Notes: a model not told the origin generated them from the sequence alone. Shown: positions 26,313 through 35,638, numbered from the stretch's first letter. The stretch is DNA of 41,206 nt from Thermoproteota archaeon (GCA_013153105.1 JAADFC010000023.1:1-41206), one strand, 5' to 3'. Made by a program: numbers and translations.

Positions 26313-26715
26313 AACACTTAAGCAGCTAGGTGTCCCCCTCTACCGCGAGGACGAGATGGACGCCCCCTACGCCAGCAGCAGCAGGTCCCCCGACGCCCTG
26401 GTGGTAGCACCGTGCAGCATGAAGACGCTGGCCATGATAGCCCACGGTATACCAGACAACCTAGTCACCCGCGCCGCCCTAGCAGTGCTCCGGCTCCGGA
26501 GGACACTGATACTGGTGCCCCGCGAGACCCCCCTGGGCGTGGCGGAGCTGCGTAACATGCTCAGGGCAGCCGAGAATGGAGCCGTTATACTCCCCGCGAT
26601 GCCCGGCTTCTACCACCGGCCCCGCAGCGTGAACGACATGGTAGACTTCATCGTGGGTAAAATACTCGATGTGCTAGGCGTGCCTCATAGCCTGTACCGT
26701 CGATGGCGCGGCTAG
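26152..26715 (+). CDS. ubiX: Flavin prenyltransferase UbiX
   Basis: MSLRVVVALTGASGIPYGL, VVAPCSMKTLAMIAHG, LILVPRETPL, ILPAMPGFYHRP. Confidence 0.88.
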   Translation: MSLRVVVALTGASGIPYGLRAAEVLAEKGLLEAILYTRSAEKVAELEHGIRLSETLKQLGVPLYREDEMDAPYASSSRSPDALVVAPCSMKTLAMIAHGIPDNLVTRAALAVLRLRRTLILVPRETPLGVAELRNMLRAAENGAVILPAMPGFYHRPRSVNDMVDFIVGKILDVLGVPHSLYRRWRG

Positions 26716-27212
26716 AGCTCCTCATCGAGCATGTATCCTCTACGCCTCATCAGCCTCTCAGCCTTCGACATCTCCTCCTCCTCCTTCATCAGCTCCTTCT
26801 CTATATCCTCTATATCCTCCTTCCTCGCCTGCTCCCTCTCCTTAGCGTAGAGGCAAGTGCCATCGGGCAGCAGGGCCTTCAACGCGCAGCTGGCATACTG
26901 GCATGAACCCCCGATACACTCGTCCCCTATCCACCTGCAGTACGCTACGCGCTGCATCCTGCCATGGCTAGGCTTCCTCACTATAGTTAGGGCGTTGTTC
27001 AGGCAGCGGAAGTAGGGGCACAGCGGGTTGCAACGGCCGTCGGGGAGCGGCATGGGCTTAGGCTTACCGCCGGGTCCCCTCTGCCTAGGCTCACGCCCGC
27101 GGCGCTGCCCGCCGCCTCTCCACCCGCCATAACCGGAGTGGGGGCGCACCAAGGCTGTCCCCTCAGCCGCTAACCCGTCGACCTGTAGCCATGTGCTGGT
27201 GGGAGCCCACAC
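26712..27212 (-). CDS. Hypothetical 8-Cys protein with a Gly/Arg-rich N-terminus and an acidic coiled-coil C-terminus
   Basis: CNPLCPYFRC..YCRWIGDECIGGSCQYASC..GTC, then EDIEDIEKELMKEEEEM. GTG start 27212, with an alternative at ATG 27053. Same strand as endA and 82 nt downstream of it. Confidence 0.55.
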   Translation of the reverse strand: MWAPTSTWLQVDGLAAEGTALVRPHSGYGGWRGGGQRRGREPRQRGPGGKPKPMPLPDGRCNPLCPYFRCLNNALTIVRKPSHGRMQRVAYCRWIGDECIGGSCQYASCALKALLPDGTCLYAKEREQARKEDIEDIEKELMKEEEEMSKAERLMRRRGYMLDEEL

Positions 27213-27294
27213 TCCACGCGAGAACCCATGCCTGCAACTCCCCTGTAGGCCCCCAGACAGCTGTCACACCTAGGGCTCCCTGCCGACGCTCTAC

Positions 27295-27852
27295 TTAGGG
27301 CTTACTCCACTCGAACACGAGGTAGGAGACGCTCCCCCCGGCGCCTACGGCGGCTATTATAAACTCCTTGCGAACGCTATGGCTCAGCCTGCTAGCCCTA
27401 ACAATGTAGAGCGGGTCTACACTATCACTCCTGCGGAGTACATGGACGAGGAAAGGTGCGTGCTCGAGCCCCGGTCCTCTCTCGTAGACTGCGAAGTCGA
27501 CCCCATACTTCAGCCCCGAGCGGACCACGTAGCCGTGGTCGCGCAGGTCCCGATACACTGTATAGAGCTCGTCGAACCTCTCTATACTCCTCCTCGCATA
27601 TTCCCTCAGCTCCTCCACATGCAAGCGGTGGCCCCCGGGCTTCTCGACGCAGAGGAGCCCCTGCTCAGCCAGGTATACGGCCTCCATCAACCCTAGCTCG
27701 AGAGGCGCGTCAAAGTCTGCTCCACGCGGCTTGGCCACGCCGAGCGGCTTACCGTAGAAGCCGAGCCCGTAAACGCGCCGAGCCTCCTCACGGTTGAAGA
27801 CTATGACGCGCAGCCCAAGCAGCACGCCGTGCGCGATGCACCCGCTATCCAA
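27295..27852 (-). CDS. endA: tRNA-splicing endonuclease, catalytic subunit
   Basis: LELGLMEAVYLAEQG, GLKYGVDFAVYERGPGLEHAPFLVHV, SHSVRKEFIIA. TTG start. Confidence 0.88.
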   Translation of the reverse strand: MDSGCIAHGVLLGLRVIVFNREEARRVYGLGFYGKPLGVAKPRGADFDAPLELGLMEAVYLAEQGLLCVEKPGGHRLHVEELREYARRSIERFDELYTVYRDLRDHGYVVRSGLKYGVDFAVYERGPGLEHAPFLVHVLRRSDSVDPLYIVRASRLSHSVRKEFIIAAVGAGGSVSYLVFEWSKP

Positions 27853-27937
27853 GCTGGAACCTCCCCGGACGGCTCGTATAGAGGTGGAGGAGGCCGCCGA
27901 GCCGGAGGCCGTGCAGCCGCGCGGGGGCGCGGTTGGG

Positions 27938-28639
27938 CTAGTAGCCCTGCTGCACCCTCCGGAGTGCCAGGAACTTCACGTCCTCGCTGGCGTCGCGTAT
28001 CAGGTCGGCTATATCCTCGGCCATATCGCTTATATCCCTTATCAACATTAGCCCCACTATATCGTTGTGCAGCTCCTTGTAGAGGGTAAACGAGAGCTGC
28101 CGGTAGAGGTCGTCCGCCTCATCCTCTATCGATAGTATGACCTGCGCCTCCTCATAGCTGCTCTTGGGCTTGGATGTGAGGTTCTGAGCCGCGGACTCCA
28201 GCTTCTCGAACTCGCGTATAACAGTGTCTATAAGCCTGGACATAAGCTCTAGCACTGTTTTGGAGGAGATGGTAGTGTTCGCCGCGGCGAGGTAGGCGCG
28301 GTAGGCCAGGCCCTCGCTAACCTGCGCCACGCGGGTCAGCCTGAGGAACACGCTGCGGTAGAGGCTGCCGGTGTCGAGGAGGTCACCCAGGCGGGCAAGG
28401 TAGCTTAGAGCGTCTTCCTTCATACTCTCTGTGCGCTCCTTGACCTTCTTTATCTCCGTGTGCAGTCTACGCAGCTTCTCGGGGTCGCCGGAGGCGAGGG
28501 CCTCAGTAACCTCCCTAAGGAGGGATACGCTGCGGGAGACGGCGCGCACCATACCGACCAGCTGCTCGTTCAGGCTCTCCTCAGCGAGTGATGCGCGTCG
28601 CCTAGTCTCGCGCTCGAAATCGTAGTACTCCTCGGCCAC
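27938..28639 (-). CDS. DUF47/PhoU-like helical protein (putative phosphate-transport regulator family)
   Basis: 233-aa all-helical protein with a repeated E/D..D..Y pattern (IEDEADDLYRQL, ISDMAEDIADLIRD) typical of PhoU-like repeats. Confidence 0.6.
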   Translation of the reverse strand: MAEEYYDFERETRRRASLAEESLNEQLVGMVRAVSRSVSLLREVTEALASGDPEKLRRLHTEIKKVKERTESMKEDALSYLARLGDLLDTGSLYRSVFLRLTRVAQVSEGLAYRAYLAAANTTISSKTVLELMSRLIDTVIREFEKLESAAQNLTSKPKSSYEEAQVILSIEDEADDLYRQLSFTLYKELHNDIVGLMLIRDISDMAEDIADLIRDASEDVKFLALRRVQQGY

Positions 28640-28826
28640 GGGCGACCACCACGTCTAGGGTGTAGGTGAGTGTGTAGCCACCCGCCTCTGGGGAGGCTGC
28701 AGGCCCGGGGCGACGGTAGGGGCCAGGCGGGAGTATAAAGGCTGTAGACGAGGCCGGATACCATATCCACCTCCCCGCCTCGGAGCCCCTACGGGGAGCC
28801 AGCTGCTCCTACACGCCTGCCCGAGG

Positions 28827-30443
28827 GTGGAGGCGGCTGTGACGAGGGTGCTGGTCGTAGACGCGCTGGCGAGAGGAGCGGCTGGGAAGAGGGTAGTAAC
28901 CGTTGACGCCATAGGTGCGGGCCCCCGTACTGTTGTTGGCGTCCTAGAGATGCTAGGTGTGGAAGCAGAGCTTGCCGTGGCCGAGGAGGTCGCCGAGAGC
29001 CCGGGGCGGCTTGGAGGCTACGATGTCCTAATGGTAAGCGGTATGAGCGTGGACGAACCTACAGTGAAGCGTCTCGTCAGGCTATGGCGCAGGAGAGGGC
29101 GGGGCCCCGTCATACTCGGAGGCCCCATAGCGCTTGAGCCGGGCTCGCTGCTGCGTGTCGGGGCAGACCTCGCCGTCCTCGGCGAGGCGGAGCCTGTAGT
29201 CGAGAAACTCTTCCGCTACGAGATGGTAAGCAGACGCGGGCTCGACTATGAGCTGCTGTCGAGCCAGTGCGGCGTCGCCTACCTGGAACCAGGGCGGGGC
29301 CTCCGCGTCAACCGCAGATGCCCGGTCATGACGAGGCGCATGTGGGAACGGTACCGGCCGAGCGTCGAGGCTGTCCGCGGCTACCCCCTCTACTGGGCTT
29401 CAAGGGTCTACGTGGAGGTTGTGCGGGGCTGCAGCAACTACACAATCCCAAGCCTGGACGTTGTACCCGAGGAGCTGCGGCCCCCGAAGCCCCGCCCCGG
29501 CTGCGCCTACTGCAGTGTCGTCAGCCTCTGGGGCTACGCGCGCAGCCGCAGCGTAGACCTAGTCTACCAGGAGGTAAAATCCCTCATAGAAGCCGGTGTG
29601 CGTAGGATAGTGCTCAGCGGCCCCGACTTCCTAGACTACGGCCGCGACTGGCTCGTGGAGCCACGCCCGCTTGTGGACCCGCGTAACCCACCGCCGAACG
29701 TGAGGGCGATCCGCGACCTCCTCAAGAGACTGACCAGCATACCCGAAGTAGCCTCCGGCGAGGCCGGCATAATGGCTGAGAACGCCAAGCCCAACCTTGT
29801 AACAGAGGAGGCAGCCGAGGTGCTGGGCGAGTACCTCAAGGGCACACCTATACATGTGGGCGTCGAAACGGGGGACGATAGGCTCCTCCGCAGCCTCGGC
29901 AGGCCGGCGACCGTGAGAGAGGCCATCCAGGCTGTGGAAAGGCTGACCCGGAGGAAGCTCCGCGTCTACGCCTATGTAATGTACTGTCTCCCCGGCGAGA
30001 CTAAAAGAACCGTGGAGAAAACAGTGGCTCTAATCGAGAGGCTCTACAGGCTCGGTGTGGAGAAGGTAACAGCCTACCGGTTCACCCCCCTGCCAGCCTC
30101 AGCCCTCGAGGGCTACACGCGCCTCCCACCACGCAGCTGCGGCGACCACCCCGTTAAGCGTAAGGCGGCAGAAGTCAACACGAGAGCCAAGAAGCGCCTT
30201 GTAGGCACGACGGTTGTAGCCATAGTTGCAGGGCTCCACCCGGTTTACAGGCTGCCAGTTGCATACCCTGTCCCCCACGGCCCAGTCCTCCTCCTGGAGG
30301 ACCGTCTCCAGCCGGGAGACATAGTGGTTGCACGCGTGACGGGAGTGCAGGGAGAGCGTATGCTAAGGGCCACAGTCCTGAGAGTGAAGGGCCGAGTACA
30401 AGCCGCAGCCGGCTCCAGGTTGAAGCGCAGGGCCGCAGTCTAG
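28827..30443 (+). CDS. B12-binding-like domain / radical SAM / TRAM-like protein with a split cluster motif
   Basis: N-terminal Rossmann-like segment (VLVVDA..YDVLMVSGMS..VILGGP). The core reads VVRGCSNY-(insert)-GCAYCS, i.e. CX23CX2C, followed by VRRIVLSGPDFLDYG. The C-terminal beta-rich segment GDIVVARVTGVQGERMLRATVLRV is TRAM-like. Confidence 0.75.
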   Translation: MEAAVTRVLVVDALARGAAGKRVVTVDAIGAGPRTVVGVLEMLGVEAELAVAEEVAESPGRLGGYDVLMVSGMSVDEPTVKRLVRLWRRRGRGPVILGGPIALEPGSLLRVGADLAVLGEAEPVVEKLFRYEMVSRRGLDYELLSSQCGVAYLEPGRGLRVNRRCPVMTRRMWERYRPSVEAVRGYPLYWASRVYVEVVRGCSNYTIPSLDVVPEELRPPKPRPGCAYCSVVSLWGYARSRSVDLVYQEVKSLIEAGVRRIVLSGPDFLDYGRDWLVEPRPLVDPRNPPPNVRAIRDLLKRLTSIPEVASGEAGIMAENAKPNLVTEEAAEVLGEYLKGTPIHVGVETGDDRLLRSLGRPATVREAIQAVERLTRRKLRVYAYVMYCLPGETKRTVEKTVALIERLYRLGVEKVTAYRFTPLPASALEGYTRLPPRSCGDHPVKRKAAEVNTRAKKRLVGTTVVAIVAGLHPVYRLPVAYPVPHGPVLLLEDRLQPGDIVVARVTGVQGERMLRATVLRVKGRVQAAAGSRLKRRAAV

Positions 30444-30883
30444 TAGTGGCGGTCTACTATCCTCTGGAACCTCTGGCTGAGCCTACCTATAGCCTCGATG
30501 TCTGCCTCGATGTTAGGCAGCTCCTCGGCGAGAAGCCTGGCGCCCCGCCTGGCCAGTATGACAGCCTTCCGCAGCAGCTCCTCCTCGTAGAGGAGGCCAA
30601 CTATTATCATGTACTCGCTCAGCGTCGCCACATTACGGGCGACCTCCGGGTCGACCTCGCCGAACTCAGCCTCTGAACCCTCACTACCCAGCTGCCGCTC
30701 CACACGCCGACGGAGCACGCGCAGGCGCTTGATGTAAGTCAACGCGAGAGACTGGAGAGCCTCGTTCTCGGGGTCCCTCCGGAGCCGCCGCAGCGTACGC
30801 TCGAGCGCGCGGAGAGTCTTGGCGTGCTTCTCCGAGACGTCCTCGAGGACCCGCAGCAGCTTCAGCGGGTCGGGACCGCTCAA
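30440..30883 (-). CDS. Hypothetical helical/coiled-coil protein
   Basis: 147-aa ORF with coding-like composition and no family that I recognise. Confidence 0.5.
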   Translation of the reverse strand: MSGPDPLKLLRVLEDVSEKHAKTLRALERTLRRLRRDPENEALQSLALTYIKRLRVLRRRVERQLGSEGSEAEFGEVDPEVARNVATLSEYMIIVGLLYEEELLRKAVILARRGARLLAEELPNIEADIEAIGRLSQRFQRIVDRHY

Positions 30884-30981
30884 AGCCGTGCTACCTCCCC
30901 CTGAAGCCTCTCTCCTCGGGTAGAAGCGGCGGGCAGCTATAGAGTGAAGACGTGCGGAGGAGGGGGTGCAGCATATACTGA

Positions 30982-31452
30982 CTAGGCGCGGACAGCCCGG
31001 ACGGTCGCTATGCTGTTGTCGGAGACGCCGTACTCGGGTAGCTTGGCGCCGTTAACCCACACCTCGTTGGGCGGCACCTGCTCGTCCACCTCGACGCGGT
31101 AGCGGAACCTGTGACGGTGGGCCACAACGACCTCAATGTACTCCGCTTCGCCTATCTCCTTCAACAGCTCAGGGTTAACCTTAGCTATACCCTCCTTCAA
31201 CTCATTGTGGAACCTGAGCCTCACACGGCGCTCACGCTGCTTCTTCTCCTTGCCCAGCAACTGAGACGCTGGAGGTATGAGGCTCAGGGCAGCACGCACA
31301 TCAATCTTCTTCTTAGGCAGCTCCTCCTGCTCAGCCCCGCTCTCCGCTTCCCGTTTTTCGGGAGCCTCCTCCGCGAGCATACAGCCACACCCCCACCTAC
31401 CATGGATGTACCCGGGGCTCTCCGAACCCGGCGAGTACGATGCTGCATCCAC
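30982..31452 (-). CDS. Hypothetical protein with a charged N-terminus and a beta-barrel-like C-terminal domain
   Basis: The C-terminal half (GIAKVNPELLKEIGEAEYIEVVV..VWVNGAKLPEYGVSDNSIATVR) recalls CDC48-N/AbrB-like barrels. Start is GTG 31452 or ATG 31380. Confidence 0.5.
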   Translation of the reverse strand: MDAASYSPGSESPGYIHGRWGCGCMLAEEAPEKREAESGAEQEELPKKKIDVRAALSLIPPASQLLGKEKKQRERRVRLRFHNELKEGIAKVNPELLKEIGEAEYIEVVVAHRHRFRYRVEVDEQVPPNEVWVNGAKLPEYGVSDNSIATVRAVRA

Positions 31453-31503
31453 ACATCAGTGACCCGCCCGCGGACCGGTCTTAGTGTTTTATCATTCAGG
31501 AGG

Positions 31504-33276
31504 CTACTCCTCTCCCGCTGCCTCCAGCGGCTCGCCAAGCTCCTCCAGGCTAGCCCCCTCCAGGAACCTCTTAAGCGCCTCCACTGCATCCTCCTCGGGT
31601 ATCCTCACTTGCCGCCAGGTATCCCGGTCACGCAGCGTGACAGTACCGTCCTCGAGAGTCTGGTAGTCCACGGTGAGTGCCGCGGGGACGCCTATCTCGT
31701 CGACGCGGGCATAGCGCCTGCCGATGCTGCCGTCGTCATCATAGACCACGTGGAACCCAGCGTCGAGGAGGCGCCACCAGAGCCGCCTAGCTCGCTCCAC
31801 CAGCCTCTCATCCCTCACTAGCGGGAACACGGCAGCCTCTATCGGGGCCAGCCTACGCGGGATTCTCAGCACTACACGGTCTCCATGCTCGCTGTAGGCG
31901 TGGTCGAGCACCACAAAGAGAAGCCTTTCAACGCCGAAGGAGGGCTCGACCACGTGTGGTATGAACTTCCTCCCGGTAATCTTCTCCTCCTTCTCCACTA
32001 TACGCACATGCTCTGCGGGTATCTTCTCGCCGGCAAGCACTATGTAGCCTTTCTCCCGCAGCTGCCGCTCGGCCTCCTCGGCGCTCAGCCGCCTCGCCTC
32101 CTCAGCTATCTCCCTAGCCTTAGCCTTGAACGTCCTCCCCACCCAGGCCATGTTGAGCACTATGATGCGCCTCTTGACCACTCTAGGCTCTTTCAACGGC
32201 TTGAAGACACGCATGTCAACACCGCTATACTTCATGTGGCGCGAGAGGTCGTAGTCCGTCCTATATGCGTGGCCCGACACCTCTATCCAGCCCAGCCTGC
32301 TGACCCTGACAAGCTGGTCAAAGGTCTGGCTAGCATAGTGCGCCCGTTCCTCCGGGAGCTTCTCGTCGAAGTACATGTCGTTCCAGTCGACGCCCAGCTC
32401 TCGAACGAAGTCCCGCGCCACGGCCATCCAGTAGGCGAGCCAGGGCGTAACGATAACACCCTCCTCGATAGCCTCACGTACGCCGTACTCCTCCGGCTTC
32501 TCCTCACCGCGGGCCTTGGCGTCGGCCCGGAGAATCCTCAGCTTACCCCCCACGCGGTCAAGCAGCTCGTCCAGTATGCCACCATGCCACGGGTCCTCGG
32601 GGTCGAAGAAGAACTCCAGCTCCGCTATAGTGAACTCCCTCAGCCTAACCATACCCTGGCGCGGCGATATCTCGTTCCTAGCCACGCGGCCTACCTGCGC
32701 TATCCCCAGAGGTAGCCTCTGCCGAGTGACCTCGTAAACCCTCTTGAACGAGACGAACATGCCCTGGGCGGTCTCGGGCCGCAGGTAGCCGACGCTGCTA
32801 CTGTAGGGGCCTATGGTCGTCTTGAAGAGTAGGTTGAACTTTCGGACCTCGCTCAGCTCGCCGCCGCAGACTGGGCATCGGAGGTCGTGCTCCCTTATTA
32901 TCCTGGTCATCTCCTCTGGCGTGAGCCCCTCAGCCTTTATACCCAGCTTCTCCTCTATGAGGTGATCCGCTCTGAACTTCCGCCCGCAGCGGAGGCACTC
33001 GACTATAGGGTCGGTAAAGTGCTCCAGGTGGCCGCTCGCCTCGTAGACCTTCTCGGGGCCTATGACCGGCGTCTCGATCTCCACGACTATGTGCTGCTGC
33101 CTCCTTATGAAGTACTCCCTCCAGAGCGCGACAATCTTCTCCTTCAGCCTGGCCCCCAGCGGGCCTAGGTCGTAGAAGCCGGCCACGCCGCCGTAGATCT
33201 CGTAGCTGGGCCAGAAGAAGCCCCTCCTCTTAGCAAGCTCCATTACCTTCTCGTACTTGTCCTCGACGGCGGGCAT
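31504..33276 (-). CDS. glyS: Glycine--tRNA ligase (archaeal/eukaryotic alpha2 type)
   Basis: RGFFWPSYEIYGGVAGFYDLGPLG, FRNEISPRQGMVRLREFT-like motif 2, SFGVERLLF. ATG 33276 is preferred over the extended ORF. Confidence 0.92.
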   Translation of the reverse strand: MPAVEDKYEKVMELAKRRGFFWPSYEIYGGVAGFYDLGPLGARLKEKIVALWREYFIRRQQHIVVEIETPVIGPEKVYEASGHLEHFTDPIVECLRCGRKFRADHLIEEKLGIKAEGLTPEEMTRIIREHDLRCPVCGGELSEVRKFNLLFKTTIGPYSSSVGYLRPETAQGMFVSFKRVYEVTRQRLPLGIAQVGRVARNEISPRQGMVRLREFTIAELEFFFDPEDPWHGGILDELLDRVGGKLRILRADAKARGEEKPEEYGVREAIEEGVIVTPWLAYWMAVARDFVRELGVDWNDMYFDEKLPEERAHYASQTFDQLVRVSRLGWIEVSGHAYRTDYDLSRHMKYSGVDMRVFKPLKEPRVVKRRIIVLNMAWVGRTFKAKAREIAEEARRLSAEEAERQLREKGYIVLAGEKIPAEHVRIVEKEEKITGRKFIPHVVEPSFGVERLLFVVLDHAYSEHGDRVVLRIPRRLAPIEAAVFPLVRDERLVERARRLWWRLLDAGFHVVYDDDGSIGRRYARVDEIGVPAALTVDYQTLEDGTVTLRDRDTWRQVRIPEEDAVEALKRFLEGASLEELGEPLEAAGEE

Positions 33277-33324
33277 AGCCCTGGGCTCCCCCGCGGTGAC
33301 CCGGCTGCAGCCCACCGTCCTCCC

Positions 33325-33331
33325 CTTATAG
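33325..33331. promoter_or_regulatory. TATA-like CTTATAG in the divergent glyS/speB gap
   Basis: It is the only AT-rich element in the 95-nt gap, about 45-50 nt from both start codons. Confidence 0.35.
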
Positions 33332-33371
33332 CCTGCCGGAGCCCGCGGCCCCAGGGGCCAGGGGCAGAGCA

Positions 33372-34334
33372 ATGGAGCGAGCAGAGGCCCTAAGCGTGCT
33401 GAGCTTCCTCCTAGCCAGAGGGAGCAGTGTATTCGGGGGCTCCGAGAGGGAGCCGGAGAGCGCGGTGGTGCTGGTTACCGGCATACCCTTCGAGGCGACC
33501 ACAAGCTACCTGCCCGGCACCCGGCTGGCCCCCCAGTTCATCCGGGAGGCCTCGGCCAACATAGAATTCTACAGCCTCCGCGCCGGCCTCGACGTGGACG
33601 AGGTCCCCATAGCAGACCTCGGCGATGTTGCTCCGACGCTTGACGTCGAGAAGATGCTCGACACGGTTTCGCGTGTAGCCGAGGCGCTCGCGGCAGCCTA
33701 CTCAGCGCCTCCCGACAGGCTGCCAGTCTACCTGGGGGGAGAGCACACAGTGACACTTGGCATACTGCGCGGGCTAACCCGGATCGGACTCCCGGAGCCC
33801 CCCTGCGTGGTGAGCCTCGACGCCCATCTAGACATGAGGGACGAGTACCTGGGCCAGAGGCTCGGTCACGCCAACGTTATGAGGCGCGCAGCCGAGCTCG
33901 TCGGGGCGGAGAGGATAGCAGTCATAGGCGCCAGGGCCTTCGCGAGGGAGGAGTTCGACTACGCGGCGGCGAGCGGCGCGGTTGTCGTGGACGTCGCCGA
34001 GGCCAGAGGAGGCCCCCGCGAGGCGGCGCGCCGGGTGCTGAAGCGGCTCAGCGCCGCAGGCTGCGGCCACCTCCACCTTACGGTTGACATGGACGTGTTC
34101 GACCCGGGCTTCGCGCCCGGCGTAGGCAACCCGGAGCCCGAGGGCCTAGCCCCAGGCGAGGCCTTCGACATGATCCACGAGGTTATAGGTGAAGCCGTCA
34201 GGAGCGGGCTAAGCGTCAGCGTGGACGTGGTCGAGCTCTCGCCGCCCGGAGACTGTGGCCGGGCAACCTCCGCGCTCGCAGCGAAGACGGTGGTTGAGGC
34301 GATAGCGGCTTGGTATGTGGCAAAAAGACGCTAG
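33372..34334 (+). CDS. speB: Agmatinase (ureohydrolase family)
   Basis: [41 protein letters not shown] (Mn-binding motifs). Confidence 0.88.
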   Translation: MERAEALSVLSFLLARGSSVFGGSEREPESAVVLVTGIPFEATTSYLPGTRLAPQFIREASANIEFYSLRAGLDVDEVPIADLGDVAPTLDVEKMLDTVSRVAEALAAAYSAPPDRLPVYLGGEHTVTLGILRGLTRIGLPEPPCVVSLDAHLDMRDEYLGQRLGHANVMRRAAELVGAERIAVIGARAFAREEFDYAAASGAVVVDVAEARGGPREAARRVLKRLSAAGCGHLHLTVDMDVFDPGFAPGVGNPEPEGLAPGEAFDMIHEVIGEAVRSGLSVSVDVVELSPPGDCGRATSALAAKTVVEAIAAWYVAKRR

Positions 34335-34531
34335 ACGGCTTTTATCAGCCTCCGACCCGGCGCTCGGACCTTGTAGAGCACGCGGTAGCCGCAGTAGGGG
34401 CATTTTATGCTCGGCATGTACTCGAGCTCTATTGCGGGTATCTCCCGGCCGCACCTGCCGCACTTGTAGCGTATCAGGGCCTTGTCCTCGATGGTCCCGG
34501 TCTCGCCTTCCCTGGGCTCGTACAGCTCCAA
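34331..34531 (-). CDS. rpoP: DNA-directed RNA polymerase subunit P (Rpo12)
   Basis: C4 zinc ribbon [25 protein letters not shown]. 66 aa. The N-terminal extension is possibly shorter. Confidence 0.8.
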   Translation of the reverse strand: MELYEPREGETGTIEDKALIRYKCGRCGREIPAIELEYMPSIKCPYCGYRVLYKVRAPGRRLIKAV

Positions 34532-34569
34532 GGTTGTCTGCCCCTCCCAGCGCGGGCTCGCGCGAAACT

Positions 34570-34577
34570 CTTATAAG
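34570..34577. promoter_or_regulatory. Palindromic TATA box CTTATAAG between divergent rpoP and SUI1
   Basis: A perfect 8-bp palindrome, 39 nt from the rpoP ATG and 65 nt from the SUI1 ATG. Confidence 0.5.
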
Positions 34578-34641
34578 ATTAGCCTCCCGTCAGCTCCCCG
34601 TGGAGCTTCACGCGTCCCTAGAAGGCAGGCGTAGGGATGCG

Positions 34642-34959
34642 ATGTCCATGAGCGGCGAACTATCCTCCCTATGCGGTGGACTCCCCGAGGAGCTGTGCGA
34701 GCAGCTTGCACGGGAGCAGCAGGTGATTAAGATCAAGCTTGAGAAGCGTCGCTATGGCCGTGAGGTTACGATAATAGAAGGCCTTGACGAGAGGGAGGTG
34801 AACCTTAAGAAGCTCGCCAGCCAGCTTAAATCAAGGCTCGCTACCGGCGGCACATATAAGAATGGGCGCATAGAGTTACAGGGGGACCACCGCCACCGCG
34901 TCAAGGAGATCCTGGTTGAGATGGGTTTTCCCGAGGAGAACATAATAATAGTCGAGTAA
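34642..34959 (+). CDS. sui1: Translation initiation factor aSUI1 (eIF1 homolog)
   Basis: [39 protein letters not shown] 34642; the upstream part of the long ORF is antisense to rpoP and is rejected. Confidence 0.88.
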   Translation: MSMSGELSSLCGGLPEELCEQLAREQQVIKIKLEKRRYGREVTIIEGLDEREVNLKKLASQLKSRLATGGTYKNGRIELQGDHRHRVKEILVEMGFPEENIIIVE

Positions 34960-34997
34960 GCCCTTTAAGCCCTTAAGGAGCCTCATGCGTAGACCAG

Positions 34998-35597
34998 CTA
35001 CCCTACCATGGTTTTACCTATGGCGTACAGCATATCTGCTATTACCTCGTCGGCCCCCAGCACGTTAAGCGATGCAGGGTCGGCGTACCCTGGCGCCAGC
35101 GCCAGCGCGGCAGCGGCCTCCAGCAAGCGGTCGGCCTCACGGTACGGGGCCGGTATGTTTTCGAGTAGTCTGCGGCGGAGCCTAAGATAGAGCCTTGCGG
35201 GTTCGTACACCTCCTCCGGGCCCGGCGGTGTCACATGATCGAGGTCCGCCGGTAGGACGGTCGCGATGTGCAGGCCTAGCCATAGGGCCTTGAGGGTTTT
35301 CACTGCTTCCATATAGCTTCCGCGGAGGAGTATTGTGTTCTCCTCCTCCGGGCTCCATTCGGCTCCCAGGGATGCTATGTAGCTGTAGAGAAGGCTTCTC
35401 ATTCGCCTCACAGCTGGTTCTATGGGTTTCGGGAGCGTCTCTTCTGCAAGGATCTCTAGGGGCCACGCGTGAACTATCCATGCGTTGTTCTCGCCGTATA
35501 CGCGGGCGAGGAGCATGTAGAGGGCGTGTTGGAGTGCTCCGATGGGGTCGCGTGTTCTCCGTTTCTGGTTTTGTTGGGGGAAGCTGTTCCCCGGCAT
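34998..35597 (-). CDS. Hypothetical helical protein
   Basis: Coding-like ORF. ATG 35597 is preferred over ATG 35624 because the TATA box at 35639 is only 15 nt from the latter. Confidence 0.5.
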   Translation of the reverse strand: MPGNSFPQQNQKRRTRDPIGALQHALYMLLARVYGENNAWIVHAWPLEILAEETLPKPIEPAVRRMRSLLYSYIASLGAEWSPEEENTILLRGSYMEAVKTLKALWLGLHIATVLPADLDHVTPPGPEEVYEPARLYLRLRRRLLENIPAPYREADRLLEAAAALALAPGYADPASLNVLGADEVIADMLYAIGKTMVG

Positions 35598-35638
35598 GGG
35601 TATGCCCCTTTTAGGGGTGAGCATAGTGTGGGGTAAGG

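Noticed and set aside
26790-26815. The tandem 9-nt repeat TCTATATCC x2 as a DNA-level repeat element.
   Set aside because: It lies inside the Cys-rich ORF and simply encodes the EDIEDIE peptide repeat on the minus strand.
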